Positions 25,818 through 35,191 of a stretch of DNA of 64,000 bases are shown piece by piece. Every line of letters starts with the position of its first letter. Position 1 is the stretch's first letter. Under the pieces are notes generated by a model. That model made no database searches, had not been told where the DNA came from, and saw only the letters and a program-made list of their open reading frames with translations. This stretch comes from a virus. The stretch is taken from the IMG/VR virus record IMGVR_UViG_3300032082_001293; one strand, given 5' to 3'. Position numbers and translations under genes: made by a program.

Positions 25818-26000
25818 TTATATGAAGGGACTGTATATTTTCTTCCATTCGTAGGTATAATCAGGAGTTTCCTTAGCTATCCACATTCCACTGTGGGGTT
25901 TGAAATGGCGATTTGCAGCTTCCATCGCTTCAACCAAGGTATCAGTTTCAACCAGAAATTTTCTGCCTTCGTAAATCATCAAATAGGTTTTTTCTGTCAT
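25818..26000 (-). CDS. hypothetical protein
   Basis: 60 aa ORF, coupled to upstream gene. Confidence 0.55.
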   Translation of the reverse strand: MTEKTYLMIYEGRKFLVETDTLVEAMEAANRHFKPHSGMWIAKETPDYTYEWKKIYSPFI

Positions 26001-26710
26001 TGCGTAGTGCTCGATTGACTAACCTGAACGATGGTTGCCGCAGGATACAAACAACCCAGAGCTCGAGGCATCAGTTGTTTGCACATAATAGCGTCATTGG
26101 GCCATGCGCCATAATCGTGTACAAGCGATACTAGTTTTTTCGCACCCGATGGTCTAAGGTAGTAAGCAGAGTTCCCTGGCAGACCCGCAGGATGCGCCTG
26201 AGACCGAATATAGGGCACATCGACCACACACTCAGCACTCGTAGCAGACTCTTCAATCTTTTGTTGATACGTATCAGCACGTGGCGTTGCACCACGTTGA
26301 GGACGATTGAGAGCAACCACAGACCTAGTAGATGATTCCAAAACATCTAGATTCAGTTTACGAAGGAACACAGCGTCATGTTCAAAGATGAGAAAATCTT
26401 CTTCGTGGGTGATACACTCCAACCACAAACGATAATGTGACATGAAACAGGCGATTCGTTTTTCAGGAACAGCCGTCTGATATCCGGTTTTAGTCAAACC
26501 AGTTGCGAAGTCCACAACCTCTTGGCCATTCCAAGGATAGTTCCAAGTGATTTGATGAAATGTCATTTCACCTTTAATAGTCTTTGGAGTAGACGCTTCG
26601 AAGGGTTCGATATCAAATTTGTTCCACACCTTCTTGGAAGAGTCGATTAGACGATTGGATTCAGCAACTGAGTTACTATCGTCTAGTATTGTGATTACTT
26701 TTGCTTTCAT
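25997..26710 (-). CDS. glycosyltransferase family 25-like
   Basis: ACFMSHYRLW, IFEHDA, AYYL.P.GAKKL. Confidence 0.8.
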   Translation of the reverse strand: MKAKVITILDDSNSVAESNRLIDSSKKVWNKFDIEPFEASTPKTIKGEMTFHQITWNYPWNGQEVVDFATGLTKTGYQTAVPEKRIACFMSHYRLWLECITHEEDFLIFEHDAVFLRKLNLDVLESSTRSVVALNRPQRGATPRADTYQQKIEESATSAECVVDVPYIRSQAHPAGLPGNSAYYLRPSGAKKLVSLVHDYGAWPNDAIMCKQLMPRALGCLYPAATIVQVSQSSTTQ

Positions 26711-27270
26711 AATGAATCAATAAACCCCTGATAGTGTTTGGTCACATCTGGTATATCTAGTGCAATCATCATTCGAATGGTTTCACCACGAAAAGTTTCC
26801 CAGAACTTAGGGTCATATTCTTCGATACTCTTTGCGTTATGTTTCATATCAAAGAACTTAATGATTTTAACTTCGGTGGGAGCCTGTGCAAGATAGGCGT
26901 TGTATACCGTTTTCCTAGTCGCACGATTGCCCACAAACTCAGGCGGTTTGGTCAGAAACCAAACGTAACGAGCAACGGTCTCACCAAAGATTTCTTCGAT
27001 GTCTTCCTGAGTCGCATCCGTATCTTCTACAGTATCGTGAAGAAGAGCGGCCGCGATAACTTCATCTGGTGCTTCTTCTTTTAAAATCAGTTCGTAATAA
27101 GCACTCACAGCTTCTGCAACTGCTTCACAATGTGTGAAGTATGCTTCGCCCGTGTACTTCCGTGTTTGACCTTTGTGCTTCATTCCGCCCCAAAGTTTAG
27201 CCTGTTCTACTAATGCGCCCACAATAACTCCGTTAAAAATTCTTCCATTTCGAATGCCTCTACTTCCCAA
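26707..27270 (-). CDS. HD-domain small alarmone hydrolase (Mesh1/SpoT-like)
   Basis: H.GQTRK..GE.YF.H, AALLHDTVEDT; true start probably internal. Confidence 0.85.
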   Translation of the reverse strand: MGSRGIRNGRIFNGVIVGALVEQAKLWGGMKHKGQTRKYTGEAYFTHCEAVAEAVSAYYELILKEEAPDEVIAAALLHDTVEDTDATQEDIEEIFGETVARYVWFLTKPPEFVGNRATRKTVYNAYLAQAPTEVKIIKFFDMKHNAKSIEEYDPKFWETFRGETIRMMIALDIPDVTKHYQGFIDSL

Positions 27271-27665
27271 GGCTGTTTGTTATATTTAATCTTGACACCA
27301 CCACGAGGTCCATAAGGAACCGTTTGACCTTTCCACTTGGTCATCTCGCCGTTCAGTTCTTTGCGAACATACTGTCGAACGTGGGTCAACTCATGAGCAA
27401 TCGTCGCAGCAATCTCTCGAGCAGTCGCTTGTCGAAACCCACCGTCGATAACAACCTTAGCAACCTCAACGATGAACTCGTCTTCGTGGTCACCAACCTG
27501 AGCATAACCAAAGGCACCTTCAGCACAAGCGATTGCAAACTTGATATGAATATCAATTTCACGCTTAGTGAACTCACGAGGAAACAACTCGTCAATCACT
27601 TCTTGAGCAAACTCTTCGTAAACTTTACGATTCTTAATGCGTCCGTGGAAGTGTAAATTAATCAT
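27210..27665 (-). CDS. SprT-like zinc metallopeptidase
   Basis: IAHELTHVRQ (HExxH), PWEVEA. Confidence 0.8.
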   Translation of the reverse strand: MINLHFHGRIKNRKVYEEFAQEVIDELFPREFTKREIDIHIKFAIACAEGAFGYAQVGDHEDEFIVEVAKVVIDGGFRQATAREIAATIAHELTHVRQYVRKELNGEMTKWKGQTVPYGPRGGVKIKYNKQPWEVEAFEMEEFLTELLWAH

Positions 27666-27687
27666 GGTGTTCTCCTCAAATACAAGT

Positions 27688-27718
27688 GTATTGTCTCATA
27701 TTTGGGGGCTAGTGTCAA
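27688..27718 (-). promoter_or_regulatory. early promoter
   Basis: TTGACA-N17-GACAAT with extended TG. Confidence 0.7.
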
Positions 27719-27721
27719 CCC

Positions 27722-27784
27722 GTAAGCCCTTGATTCTAAAGGGGAAAAGGAGAAGGAAAAACCCTAATAGAATCAAGGACTTAC
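27722..27784. repeat. 17-bp inverted repeat with 29-nt purine-rich spacer
   Basis: gtaagcccttgattcta ... tagaatcaaggacttac (16/17 match). Confidence 0.9.
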
Positions 27785-27817
27785 AGTAGGGTGAAAAGTG
27801 GAGATATAATGGAAGTT

Positions 27818-28093
27818 TCACTCAGAAGGGTATCCTTCGTACCATTTTACCAATGTATTGACCCGAAATGACCGCCAGGAGTCTTTATCGAGTGACCAAA
27901 CCACCAAATGGTCAGAACTCTCTTGCTGTTCCAGAATCTCCGGCACGTTGTGATTAGACAACTCAGGATTGAGTGTGCTAGGCATGACTCTTAGTTCATC
28001 AGTGTCAATTTTAGTGAACTCTACCGTCACTACACCTTTCTTTGCGGCATCAACAAACCCTTTGATGTCGGTATGTTCTTTTCTAGTTTTCAT
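27818..28093 (-). CDS. WYL-like/SH3-fold (DUF2693-like) protein
   Basis: VTVEFTK....R.M..TL, VW.LDK..WRSFR. Confidence 0.75.
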   Translation of the reverse strand: MKTRKEHTDIKGFVDAAKKGVVTVEFTKIDTDELRVMPSTLNPELSNHNVPEILEQQESSDHLVVWSLDKDSWRSFRVNTLVKWYEGYPSE

Positions 28094-28503
28094 GCAGCCC
28101 TCTCTTTGATTATTAAAGTATCTTTAGGCAAAACAAATCTCCAACCGCCGTTAACAAACGCACGAATGGGTCTTTTCGCCTGAGTCAGTAACATTACTGG
28201 AGATAGGTCTTCACCAAAGTCAATCATTCGGTCCATATAGACCTCAGCATCTTGTAGGGTTTTAAATTTACCTACAAACTCTTTGTCGTTTTTAACGACT
28301 CGCACTTCGAAGTCTTTCAGAGTTTCCAACTCTTGTTGTTCTTCTAGGTGAGCGTTAATGATTTCATTACACAAGGCGAGTGGCACTTTTGCCACTCGTT
28401 TCTCAAACACTTCATCGAGAATAACTCTTCGATACTTCGTGGGGATTTCTTTGTGTGAACGATAATGAACCATTTCCATGTTATGCTGCCTCCGCATATT
28501 CAA
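28090..28503 (-). CDS. hypothetical protein
   Basis: 137 aa ORF in operon. Confidence 0.6.
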   Translation of the reverse strand: MNMRRQHNMEMVHYRSHKEIPTKYRRVILDEVFEKRVAKVPLALCNEIINAHLEEQQELETLKDFEVRVVKNDKEFVGKFKTLQDAEVYMDRMIDFGEDLSPVMLLTQAKRPIRAFVNGGWRFVLPKDTLIIKERAA

Positions 28504-29434
28504 TTGCTGTGTTAATCGCTTTCAACTTTCGAGTTTGGTTTTGACCGAACCAAGCAGATGCCATTCGAGTATCTGCGCTTCGACCTAACTGGTGGTCAGT
28601 CATATAAGTGACTGCGTTTACCGCATTCCACCAAGTGCCAGGAAACAGGTCAGCACCAGGCTGAGTATCGATTAATTCGATAGTGTTCTTGGCAGTCGTT
28701 GACAACTCTTTAAACTCTTTTACTTCTTTACGCTTGGTGTTAGCCGCAGGAAAGACAGTGTTCATGAATGTCAACAAATTGTCTTGAGTGTATCGCTTAG
28801 TTGCGAGGAAGTTTGCCATATCTTTGTATAACTCAAACTTCTCGTGAGCAAGACCCATCTGTTCTTTAACAGCAGAAGGATTGAAAGTCTTGCGATGGTT
28901 AACGATTGCTTCGTTTACAGATTCCATACCTAAAGAGTAGTTCATTGTGTTCTGACACACCACACGAACAGGCGTCATGCGAATGTTCACAGACTTACCA
29001 TAAATGTGAGGATTAGAGAATAACATGTAGTTATCAACTTGGTCTTTACCAAGAACATCAAAAGACTCTTTAATCTTCGCAAGAACCCAAACAATCTTAC
29101 CATCCTTAAGAGAACCAGCGGTATGCATTTCCATATCGCCCGCAGCGCAGAACTCATTGAAGAAGTTAAACGCTTCTTCGTTCTGAATAGGTTCCCAGTT
29201 ATCACCAACCATAGGTGCGAGAACCGTGTTATCAGATTCACGAATCAGGGCATTGGTACCCGTTTGAATAATCTCACCGTCATACATCGCAACGGTAGGC
29301 ACTTTAGTTACCCGCCAGTCAACACCGGCCTTTCTCATCATCTGCATAGGTGTCAGGTCAGAAGATACTTTCTCACCCAAACCATGCCAGGGTACTTCGC
29401 CAGCGTATGCCATTGTTTCAACTTCGTGTGACAT
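28481..29434 (-). CDS. DUF932-family protein
   Basis: ETMAYAGEVPWHGLG, TAGSL..G..VW, RVVCQNT, TW.NA.NAVT. Confidence 0.9.
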   Translation of the reverse strand: MSHEVETMAYAGEVPWHGLGEKVSSDLTPMQMMRKAGVDWRVTKVPTVAMYDGEIIQTGTNALIRESDNTVLAPMVGDNWEPIQNEEAFNFFNEFCAAGDMEMHTAGSLKDGKIVWVLAKIKESFDVLGKDQVDNYMLFSNPHIYGKSVNIRMTPVRVVCQNTMNYSLGMESVNEAIVNHRKTFNPSAVKEQMGLAHEKFELYKDMANFLATKRYTQDNLLTFMNTVFPAANTKRKEVKEFKELSTTAKNTIELIDTQPGADLFPGTWWNAVNAVTYMTDHQLGRSADTRMASAWFGQNQTRKLKAINTAIEYAEAA

Positions 29435-29465
29435 TTGTCATTCCTTTTTGATTATTTAAAAACAT

Positions 29466-29520
29466 AGTATACCAAAAATATTTTGAAAACACAACAGCGA
29501 AATATGAAAATAAAATGGAA
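29466..29520 (-). promoter_or_regulatory. early promoter with class B upstream motif
   Basis: TTGTGT-N17-TATACT plus upstream 25-bp motif. Confidence 0.65.
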
Positions 29521-29522
29521 AT

Positions 29523-30332
29523 TTACTGAAAGAATTCTTCGAGCGTATTCACGTCAGTTTGATGTGCACAAACATTTTTCTTATTGTATTTAATATCTTC
29601 AAAGGTAAAAGAAGGTTGTTCAATTTTCTTTTTTTCTTTTCGTACTGTGACATCCCACCATTCTAAATCTTTATCTTTGGGATAGTCCCTAGTCCAATTT
29701 AAATTAGAAGTCTTCAACATCTTTTTAGCTTTCTTGTTCAGAGGGTAAATGTATCGAAACATGTATCCGTCAATTTTACGAATGCCCTTAGAAACCATAA
29801 AGTCGGAAGTCAACCAGAAAATTTTCTTTCGGTTGCTGAAGACGGCGTTTTCCTTACACAGCTCTTTAGTTGAACGTGGATGCAGCTTCTCACCGTTCTC
29901 CATCATGTAAACGTTAGTCCAATACTTCTCACCAAAGTAGAAGTTAGATGCTTGATAAACATAACCACACTTACCCATGATACCGTCAGCCATAGTGTAG
30001 AGATAAAGTTTATTAGGATGATTCTCTTTAATCCATTTAACTGTTGCTGATAACATTTGAGATTCACTGTTCTTGGGCATATCAGGATGCATACACATCT
30101 TTCCAATTTCCCAGTAGTCTTTTGACTCTAGACCAGTAAACATTTTATTGATTGTTGCTTTGGGTTGAGTTCCCCAACCTAGAGTAAGAACACCTACCAA
30201 ATCATTCTCAAGATAAAATCCGAGAAAGTGTTTGGTAAGTTTAGGCATAACTGGTGAGTAATGATACTTCTGAACAAACTCAGTCGCATCAAACTTTCTT
30301 AGTTCTTTGACAGTGTAATTGAATTTAGACAT
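29523..30332 (-). CDS. Mom-like GNAT-fold DNA modification protein
   Basis: HYS, LVGV..LG, EIGKM, SQMLS, TMAD...G..G.VYQASNF. Confidence 0.75.
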   Translation of the reverse strand: MSKFNYTVKELRKFDATEFVQKYHYSPVMPKLTKHFLGFYLENDLVGVLTLGWGTQPKATINKMFTGLESKDYWEIGKMCMHPDMPKNSESQMLSATVKWIKENHPNKLYLYTMADGIMGKCGYVYQASNFYFGEKYWTNVYMMENGEKLHPRSTKELCKENAVFSNRKKIFWLTSDFMVSKGIRKIDGYMFRYIYPLNKKAKKMLKTSNLNWTRDYPKDKDLEWWDVTVRKEKKKIEQPSFTFEDIKYNKKNVCAHQTDVNTLEEFFQ

Positions 30333-30367
30333 TCTATTATAATATCACAAACTGATAGAACATTCAA

Positions 30368-31417
30368 TCATTCACCTACTGTATTACCGGCATATACTCC
30401 ATTGAATTGATTGTTAACTCTAATGAAAGTAGCACACTTACTTAATTGTTTTAATGTCCGGGCACCAACATAAGTGCAAGCAGAACGAAGACCACCAAGA
30501 ATATCATGAATGGTGGCGTCAACGGGCCCACGGTAAGGAATTTCCACAACCCGTCCTTCACTCGCTCGATAATCTTTGAATTCATCTCCTTGCGCTTCCT
30601 TTGAAGACATTCCGTAGAATTTAATTTTGTCACCTTCTACAGTTCCACCACCTTCATCATGACCAGCAAGCATTCCACCCAACATTACAAAGTCTGCACC
30701 TGCAGCGAACGCTTTTACGATATCGCCTGGAGATGAGCAGCCACCGTCAGCAATAATATGACCACCAAGGCCATGAGCTGCATCGGCACACTCAATAACA
30801 GCCGAGAGTTGAGGGTAACCAATGCCAGTCTTAATACGAGTAGTGCAAACGCTGCCAGGACCAATCCCAACTTTAACGATGTCAACTCCACGTAGAATTA
30901 ACTCCTCTGTTATATCCGGCGTAACCACGTTTCCGGCAATGATTGTTGTGTCTGGAAAGAGTTCACGAATCTCCGAGACTCTTTGAATAAATCTTTCACT
31001 ATATCCGTTAGCAACATCTACACAGATAAAAGGTAAATCAAAACTGTTCTGTTCTATTTCATATTTATAGGTGAACAGTTTGTCCATGTCTTTATCACTA
31101 ACACCTGTAGATATCGCATACCAATTGTCTTGGATTTCTTGGTTAGAAGATTTTACTGAACGAATCACATCATAAAAGTCACAACTTTTTACAAGGCACG
31201 TAAACAACTTGTGTTTACTTAATTCAAGTGCCATACCAATTGTGCCTACACCATCCATGTTCGCAGCCATGATTGGAATACCACTATAGGTTCGACCACT
31301 ATTTCTAAATGTATATTTTCTTTCTAATCCAACTTGGGACCGACTCCCCATTGTTGACCGTTTGGGTCTTAATAAAACATCACTATAGTCAAGTTTGACC
31401 TCATTATCAATTCGCAT
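30368..31417 (-). CDS. guaC: GMP reductase
   Basis: [56 protein letters not shown]. Confidence 0.95.
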   Translation of the reverse strand: MRIDNEVKLDYSDVLLRPKRSTMGSRSQVGLERKYTFRNSGRTYSGIPIMAANMDGVGTIGMALELSKHKLFTCLVKSCDFYDVIRSVKSSNQEIQDNWYAISTGVSDKDMDKLFTYKYEIEQNSFDLPFICVDVANGYSERFIQRVSEIRELFPDTTIIAGNVVTPDITEELILRGVDIVKVGIGPGSVCTTRIKTGIGYPQLSAVIECADAAHGLGGHIIADGGCSSPGDIVKAFAAGADFVMLGGMLAGHDEGGGTVEGDKIKFYGMSSKEAQGDEFKDYRASEGRVVEIPYRGPVDATIHDILGGLRSACTYVGARTLKQLSKCATFIRVNNQFNGVYAGNTVGE

Positions 31418-31741
31418 TTAACTAATCATCTCCGAAATTTCAGTGGCGTATTTTTTGTTGGTTACAGGAACAGCGTTGGATTTGTGGAGGGTTGCGATTC
31501 CGATAACGTAGTCTCCGGTGTATCTTGGAGATTCTTTACTATCTCCTCTCGCCTCTGTTGGAGAAGCCACGCACGATGCGTAGCGTTTTGTCTCAGCCGC
31601 TCGTTCTTGAGCGATTGACGGTTGCGGTTTCCATTCCTGAAACTTCGGCGGGACATATTTGACACAGACTTCTCCTTTTGGCTTGCGGGGTTTACGTTTG
31701 CGACCAAATTGGTCATACCGAAAACTATTATGTATATGCAT
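31418..31741 (-). CDS. conserved phage hypothetical protein
   Basis: YTG.YVIGIATLHKSNAVPV motif; start reassigned to MHIHNS. Confidence 0.65.
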   Translation of the reverse strand: MHIHNSFRYDQFGRKRKPRKPKGEVCVKYVPPKFQEWKPQPSIAQERAAETKRYASCVASPTEARGDSKESPRYTGDYVIGIATLHKSNAVPVTNKKYATEISEMIS

Positions 31742-32223
31742 TACGAATTCCAACAAATCTCTACACGTGAATCGCCTGAACCATTCCAGTGAACGGTACA
31801 TCCACATTCTTCTATTAATGGTATCACATCTTTCAGGTTTTTGCAACCCTCTTCGGAACCATCGAAACAAAATAGCGAACCAACTGTTTCTTCAGGTGGA
31901 TAACAAACAAAACCTTCTACGGTAGTATCGGGTTCGAAGTCTGGTGTTTCATCAGACGGAAGATATCCAGAGCCACCACAATCTTCACAATCCACCCACT
32001 CCTGTTCATCGTCTTCGCCATAACTGCCGCCTTCGCCGTAACACGATACACACTCAGTATCAAAATCAACTTCGCAATCTTGTGAGTGATTGAATAAAAC
32101 TTTGGACATATCCGCTTCGTATGGAACATCATTCCAAGCACACGTCTGACAGCAAGGAAGATTCCAACCAACGAACCATCCCTCTTCGGTCAGTCGTTCC
32201 TGCAATTGTCTAAAACCGTTCAT
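31741..32223 (-). CDS. hypothetical protein with DnaJ-type zinc-finger insert
   Basis: CxxCxGxG repeats (CVSCYGEG, CEDCGGSG), CCQTC. Confidence 0.65.
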   Translation of the reverse strand: MNGFRQLQERLTEEGWFVGWNLPCCQTCAWNDVPYEADMSKVLFNHSQDCEVDFDTECVSCYGEGGSYGEDDEQEWVDCEDCGGSGYLPSDETPDFEPDTTVEGFVCYPPEETVGSLFCFDGSEEGCKNLKDVIPLIEECGCTVHWNGSGDSRVEICWNS

Positions 32224-32399
32224 TCCACTATACCTAAACTTTTTCCAATAGTGCACTCCAGCTCTTCTACAGAAACGGCATCCTGCATGGTTTCCAGAGC
32301 TCGACGCTTGGGGTTTATGTTAAACTTATCCTGAAACCAGAAATTGATACCGTCAAAAGTATCAACTAACCATCTAAAAATCTCTCGCCGTTTGATCAT
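32220..32399 (-). CDS. hypothetical protein, 59 aa
   Basis: Manual ORF MIKRREIFRWLVDTFDG... Confidence 0.55.
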   Translation of the reverse strand: MIKRREIFRWLVDTFDGINFWFQDKFNINPKRRALETMQDAVSVEELECTIGKSLGIVE

Positions 32400-32776
32400 T
32401 TTCCGTACAGTTCCTTTTTACCCAACACCATGAACTGCCAGCCGTTTGTTTTACACAGTTGCCTGGCGGATTCCCATTTAGCTTTGTTTATGTCCCACTT
32501 CCACTGAAATTGTGGTTTGATTTCCACCATGATGGTTCTGCCATCACGTGCTTCCACCAGAAAGTCTGGATAGTAATTATGCCAGCGATCGTCCTTGGGT
32601 GACACATAGGGTATGTGCAACTCTTCTGAACTCCAGCTCACTATCTGGTCTGACCTGTCACAATACAGCATGAACCTTCTTTCCCACAACGAGCGGTAGG
32701 TGATCTTTTTCACATTACCAGTATACTTGTGTGGATTGGCAGGACAGAATCTTCCCTGGATTGCAGTTGTTTTCAT
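32396..32776 (-). CDS. TnsA-like endonuclease, T4 gp4 head-completion homolog
   Basis: P.NPHKYTG....I.YRSLWE, WSSEE..IPY, YYPDF, VEIKP. Confidence 0.85.
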   Translation of the reverse strand: MKTTAIQGRFCPANPHKYTGNVKKITYRSLWERRFMLYCDRSDQIVSWSSEELHIPYVSPKDDRWHNYYPDFLVEARDGRTIMVEIKPQFQWKWDINKAKWESARQLCKTNGWQFMVLGKKELYGK

Positions 32777-32812
32777 GGCAGGTCGTTCCTGAAGTTTTTT
32801 CTAAAGCTCATA

Positions 32813-32983
32813 TTATCCTTCCTCTTCATCTTCACCAATACAGATTGCTCGATGACGTTTCACCTCTAGATACGCCGCAATCAAATCACGATATTGGTCA
32901 CCTATAAATGACCATCGGTGTCTCTCAAAGATATCAAAAAAATCACGAGATAACGAGAGTTCTTGCATATGGTTTTGTTCCAT
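32813..32983 (-). CDS. hypothetical protein, 56 aa
   Basis: Manual ORF MEQNHMQELSLSRDFF... Confidence 0.6.
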   Translation of the reverse strand: MEQNHMQELSLSRDFFDIFERHRWSFIGDQYRDLIAAYLEVKRHRAICIGEDEEEG

Positions 32984-33135
32984 TATTGAACGCCCTCATC
33001 CATTTGTTTTTGATAATGATTCAGCAATGCGTTATACGCTGCAATAGCTTCCTTATGAAGATAGATTCTATCTTCTTCCAAGGCCCGCATTAAAGCACGA
33101 GACAATCGAATCTCTTCGTAGTACGAATCTTCCAT
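32983..33135 (-). CDS. hypothetical protein, 50 aa
   Basis: Manual ORF MEDSYYEEIRLSRALM... Confidence 0.6.
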   Translation of the reverse strand: MEDSYYEEIRLSRALMRALEEDRIYLHKEAIAAYNALLNHYQKQMDEGVQ

Positions 33136-33575
33136 TAAGAATTCCTCCACTCTTCATAATCAACTTCATACTCTGCCATCAATTCGACAGCACGTTCAAC
33201 CTCATATCCAAGGTCCATCAATCTATCAACGAAAGAACTGTCTTCTCTCAACGTAGGATAACCATGCAGTCTCCAATCAACCAAGATGTTCAGCTCAGCA
33301 CGATCATATTGCTTAGGCATCGTTCTTGGAACTTTCCGAAACACGTTCGGCATCTCAGGACGATATCGGTCAATCAAAGATTCTGCTTGAGTCTCATACC
33401 CGCGAGCAACCAAAACGTTTTTCACGTAGTTGATTTCAGAAGCGCGTTGTGAACCACGATAGTAGGCATCGCCTTCTGCCATCTGGAAGTACCAGTCATG
33501 AGTCGCACACAGTTCCTTGAGATGATTCACGATTTCCATCGTGTGAGTCTCGGGAGTGATTTCAGTTAACAGCAT
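33135..33575 (-). CDS. hypothetical early protein
   Basis: Start reassigned to MLLTEI after AAGGAG; HDWYFQMAE motif. Confidence 0.65.
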   Translation of the reverse strand: MLLTEITPETHTMEIVNHLKELCATHDWYFQMAEGDAYYRGSQRASEINYVKNVLVARGYETQAESLIDRYRPEMPNVFRKVPRTMPKQYDRAELNILVDWRLHGYPTLREDSSFVDRLMDLGYEVERAVELMAEYEVDYEEWRNS

Positions 33576-33585
33576 TACGTTCTCC

Positions 33586-34137
33586 TTATGCATACCAGCT
33601 TCGGTAGAAGTCTTTACCCTCGGGGGCAGGACTTGCGTATTGACAATCGCTGATGTTAATACCACGACCAGTGATTCGCTTGGTGAACGCTTCACCAATA
33701 AAATGGTTCAAGACAGGAACAACTCGGTCACTCATATATTGTTCGCTACCTTCAATCGTTCGCAGGGCAATCTCACGAAGAGTCACAGTAGCACCCTTCT
33801 TAGCAACAACTTGGTAGGCATCAACGTTGGTCTGTTCCCAACCCCAAGTGGCGACGAAGATGTCACCCTTCTTGACGTTCTCTTGCGCTTCCTTACGAGC
33901 GGCAGCCTTCGCGGCTTTGCGCTCTGCCTTGTACTGTTCAGCACGTTCAAGTTTAGCGAGAAACTCTTCGCAGAACTCAATCCTTCGTGCTTCAGTCTTG
34001 AAGCGATAACAGAACTCGACCTTGTAACCCAGACGAGCACGTTTGGTGCGTCGAATACAGGTGGCGACAGGACGCTCTGCGTCGAACGTTAACTCGTAAC
34101 CACGCTCTGCAAACTTCTCAATCAATTGTGCTTCCAT
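33586..34137 (-). CDS. conserved phage early protein
   Basis: KGDIF..TWGWEQTNVD.YQVV motif. Confidence 0.75.
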   Translation of the reverse strand: MEAQLIEKFAERGYELTFDAERPVATCIRRTKRARLGYKVEFCYRFKTEARRIEFCEEFLAKLERAEQYKAERKAAKAAARKEAQENVKKGDIFVATWGWEQTNVDAYQVVAKKGATVTLREIALRTIEGSEQYMSDRVVPVLNHFIGEAFTKRITGRGINISDCQYASPAPEGKDFYRSWYA

Positions 34138-34165
34138 AACTCACTCTCTCTCATTAATTTACTTG

Positions 34166-34234
34166 GTAATGATCTCATGGTTTGAGAACATAGTCAACAC
34201 TTTTTTCATGAATTTTAGGAATACGTTATATTCC
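34166..34234 (-). promoter_or_regulatory. early promoter, class A-like
   Basis: AAAAAAGTG-TTGACT-N17-GATCAT. Confidence 0.75.
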
Positions 34235-34240
34235 TGATTT

Positions 34241-34744
34241 TCATGAATAGTTAACTTTAATAGTTCGTCTTTTCTTGCCCTGATTGACAATTAGGTCACC
34301 ACTAAAGTACGTAACTCTTTGATTATCAACAAGTTCTTTTTTACCGTAATGAGTAGCATAGTAGTTTTCACCGCCGCCTTTCCAATCAGACTCTAATAAA
34401 GGTGTACCGGCCACGAAAAATTTGGGTTCACCATCAACAATATCCCAACTGACGAAGATATAGTAGCCCGGTCTTTTTGAGAACTTACCACCACGCCAGT
34501 TATGACCATTAGTCGTTTTTATCTCGATTGGTTCGCCATGAAATCGAATATCGGGTTCACTGTCCAACTTAGGGGCAATAGCACCTTCAATCATCTTTTC
34601 GATGTTGTTTTCAAACAATCCGGAAATGTCCTCAGACAGTTGTTTGTTACTCTTTCGAAGACCCACCTCTTCATAGATAGACAACAATCTTTTTAGGTCT
34701 TTTTTTACGCCATTCAGAACGTTTTCTTTGATTTGAATACTCAT
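34241..34744 (-). CDS. putative PD-(D/E)xK (restriction-like) nuclease
   Basis: EPDIRF...IEIKTT. Confidence 0.6.
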   Translation of the reverse strand: MSIQIKENVLNGVKKDLKRLLSIYEEVGLRKSNKQLSEDISGLFENNIEKMIEGAIAPKLDSEPDIRFHGEPIEIKTTNGHNWRGGKFSKRPGYYIFVSWDIVDGEPKFFVAGTPLLESDWKGGGENYYATHYGKKELVDNQRVTYFSGDLIVNQGKKRRTIKVNYS

Positions 34745-34947
34745 AGTAACTTGCAAGCCTCCCTCCACGTTTCAGCATGAAAATGGGTGATATGCCCCTT
34801 GATTTGGGGAGCGGGTCCACCGTGTATTTCGATTACACGAGCAATACCTTGCGGAGACCTAGCACGACCTACCATCTCGTCGTTTTTGTAAAGATGGAAA
34901 ACTGGAGTACCCCAGTCGGTATAAGCACACACAACTCGATTAATCAT
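34741..34947 (-). CDS. hypothetical early protein
   Basis: 68 aa ORF in operon. Confidence 0.6.
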   Translation of the reverse strand: MINRVVCAYTDWGTPVFHLYKNDEMVGRARSPQGIARVIEIHGGPAPQIKGHITHFHAETWREACKLL

Positions 34948-35174
34948 TACACACCCTCCGCAAGAAGATAAACACCAACCGCTGTGGGAACTTCACCCCA
35001 AGGATACTCAGCCGTCAACAATCGCCACTTGGCGTGGTACTTGATAGTACGGTCTGCGACACAAACAACGACCTGTTCACCACGATCTTCAACGACCACA
35101 CCTTCTTCTTCACCGTGGTGAGCACCGTAAACGTACTGAACCCTGCGACCTTCTAAACACTCCATATCAATCAC
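34947..35174 (-). CDS. hypothetical early protein (SH3-like)
   Basis: 75 aa ORF directly behind early promoter. Confidence 0.6.
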   Translation of the reverse strand: MIDMECLEGRRVQYVYGAHHGEEEGVVVEDRGEQVVVCVADRTIKYHAKWRLLTAEYPWGEVPTAVGVYLLAEGV

Positions 35175-35191
35175 CTCATCTCAATTACAAA

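Noticed and set aside
31742-31870. N-terminal extension of ORF 31418..31870 (likewise extensions of 19047..19448, 22579..24042, 33135..33698)
   Set aside because: Extensions overlap upstream genes or promoters; better starts with an SD or late promoter exist downstream
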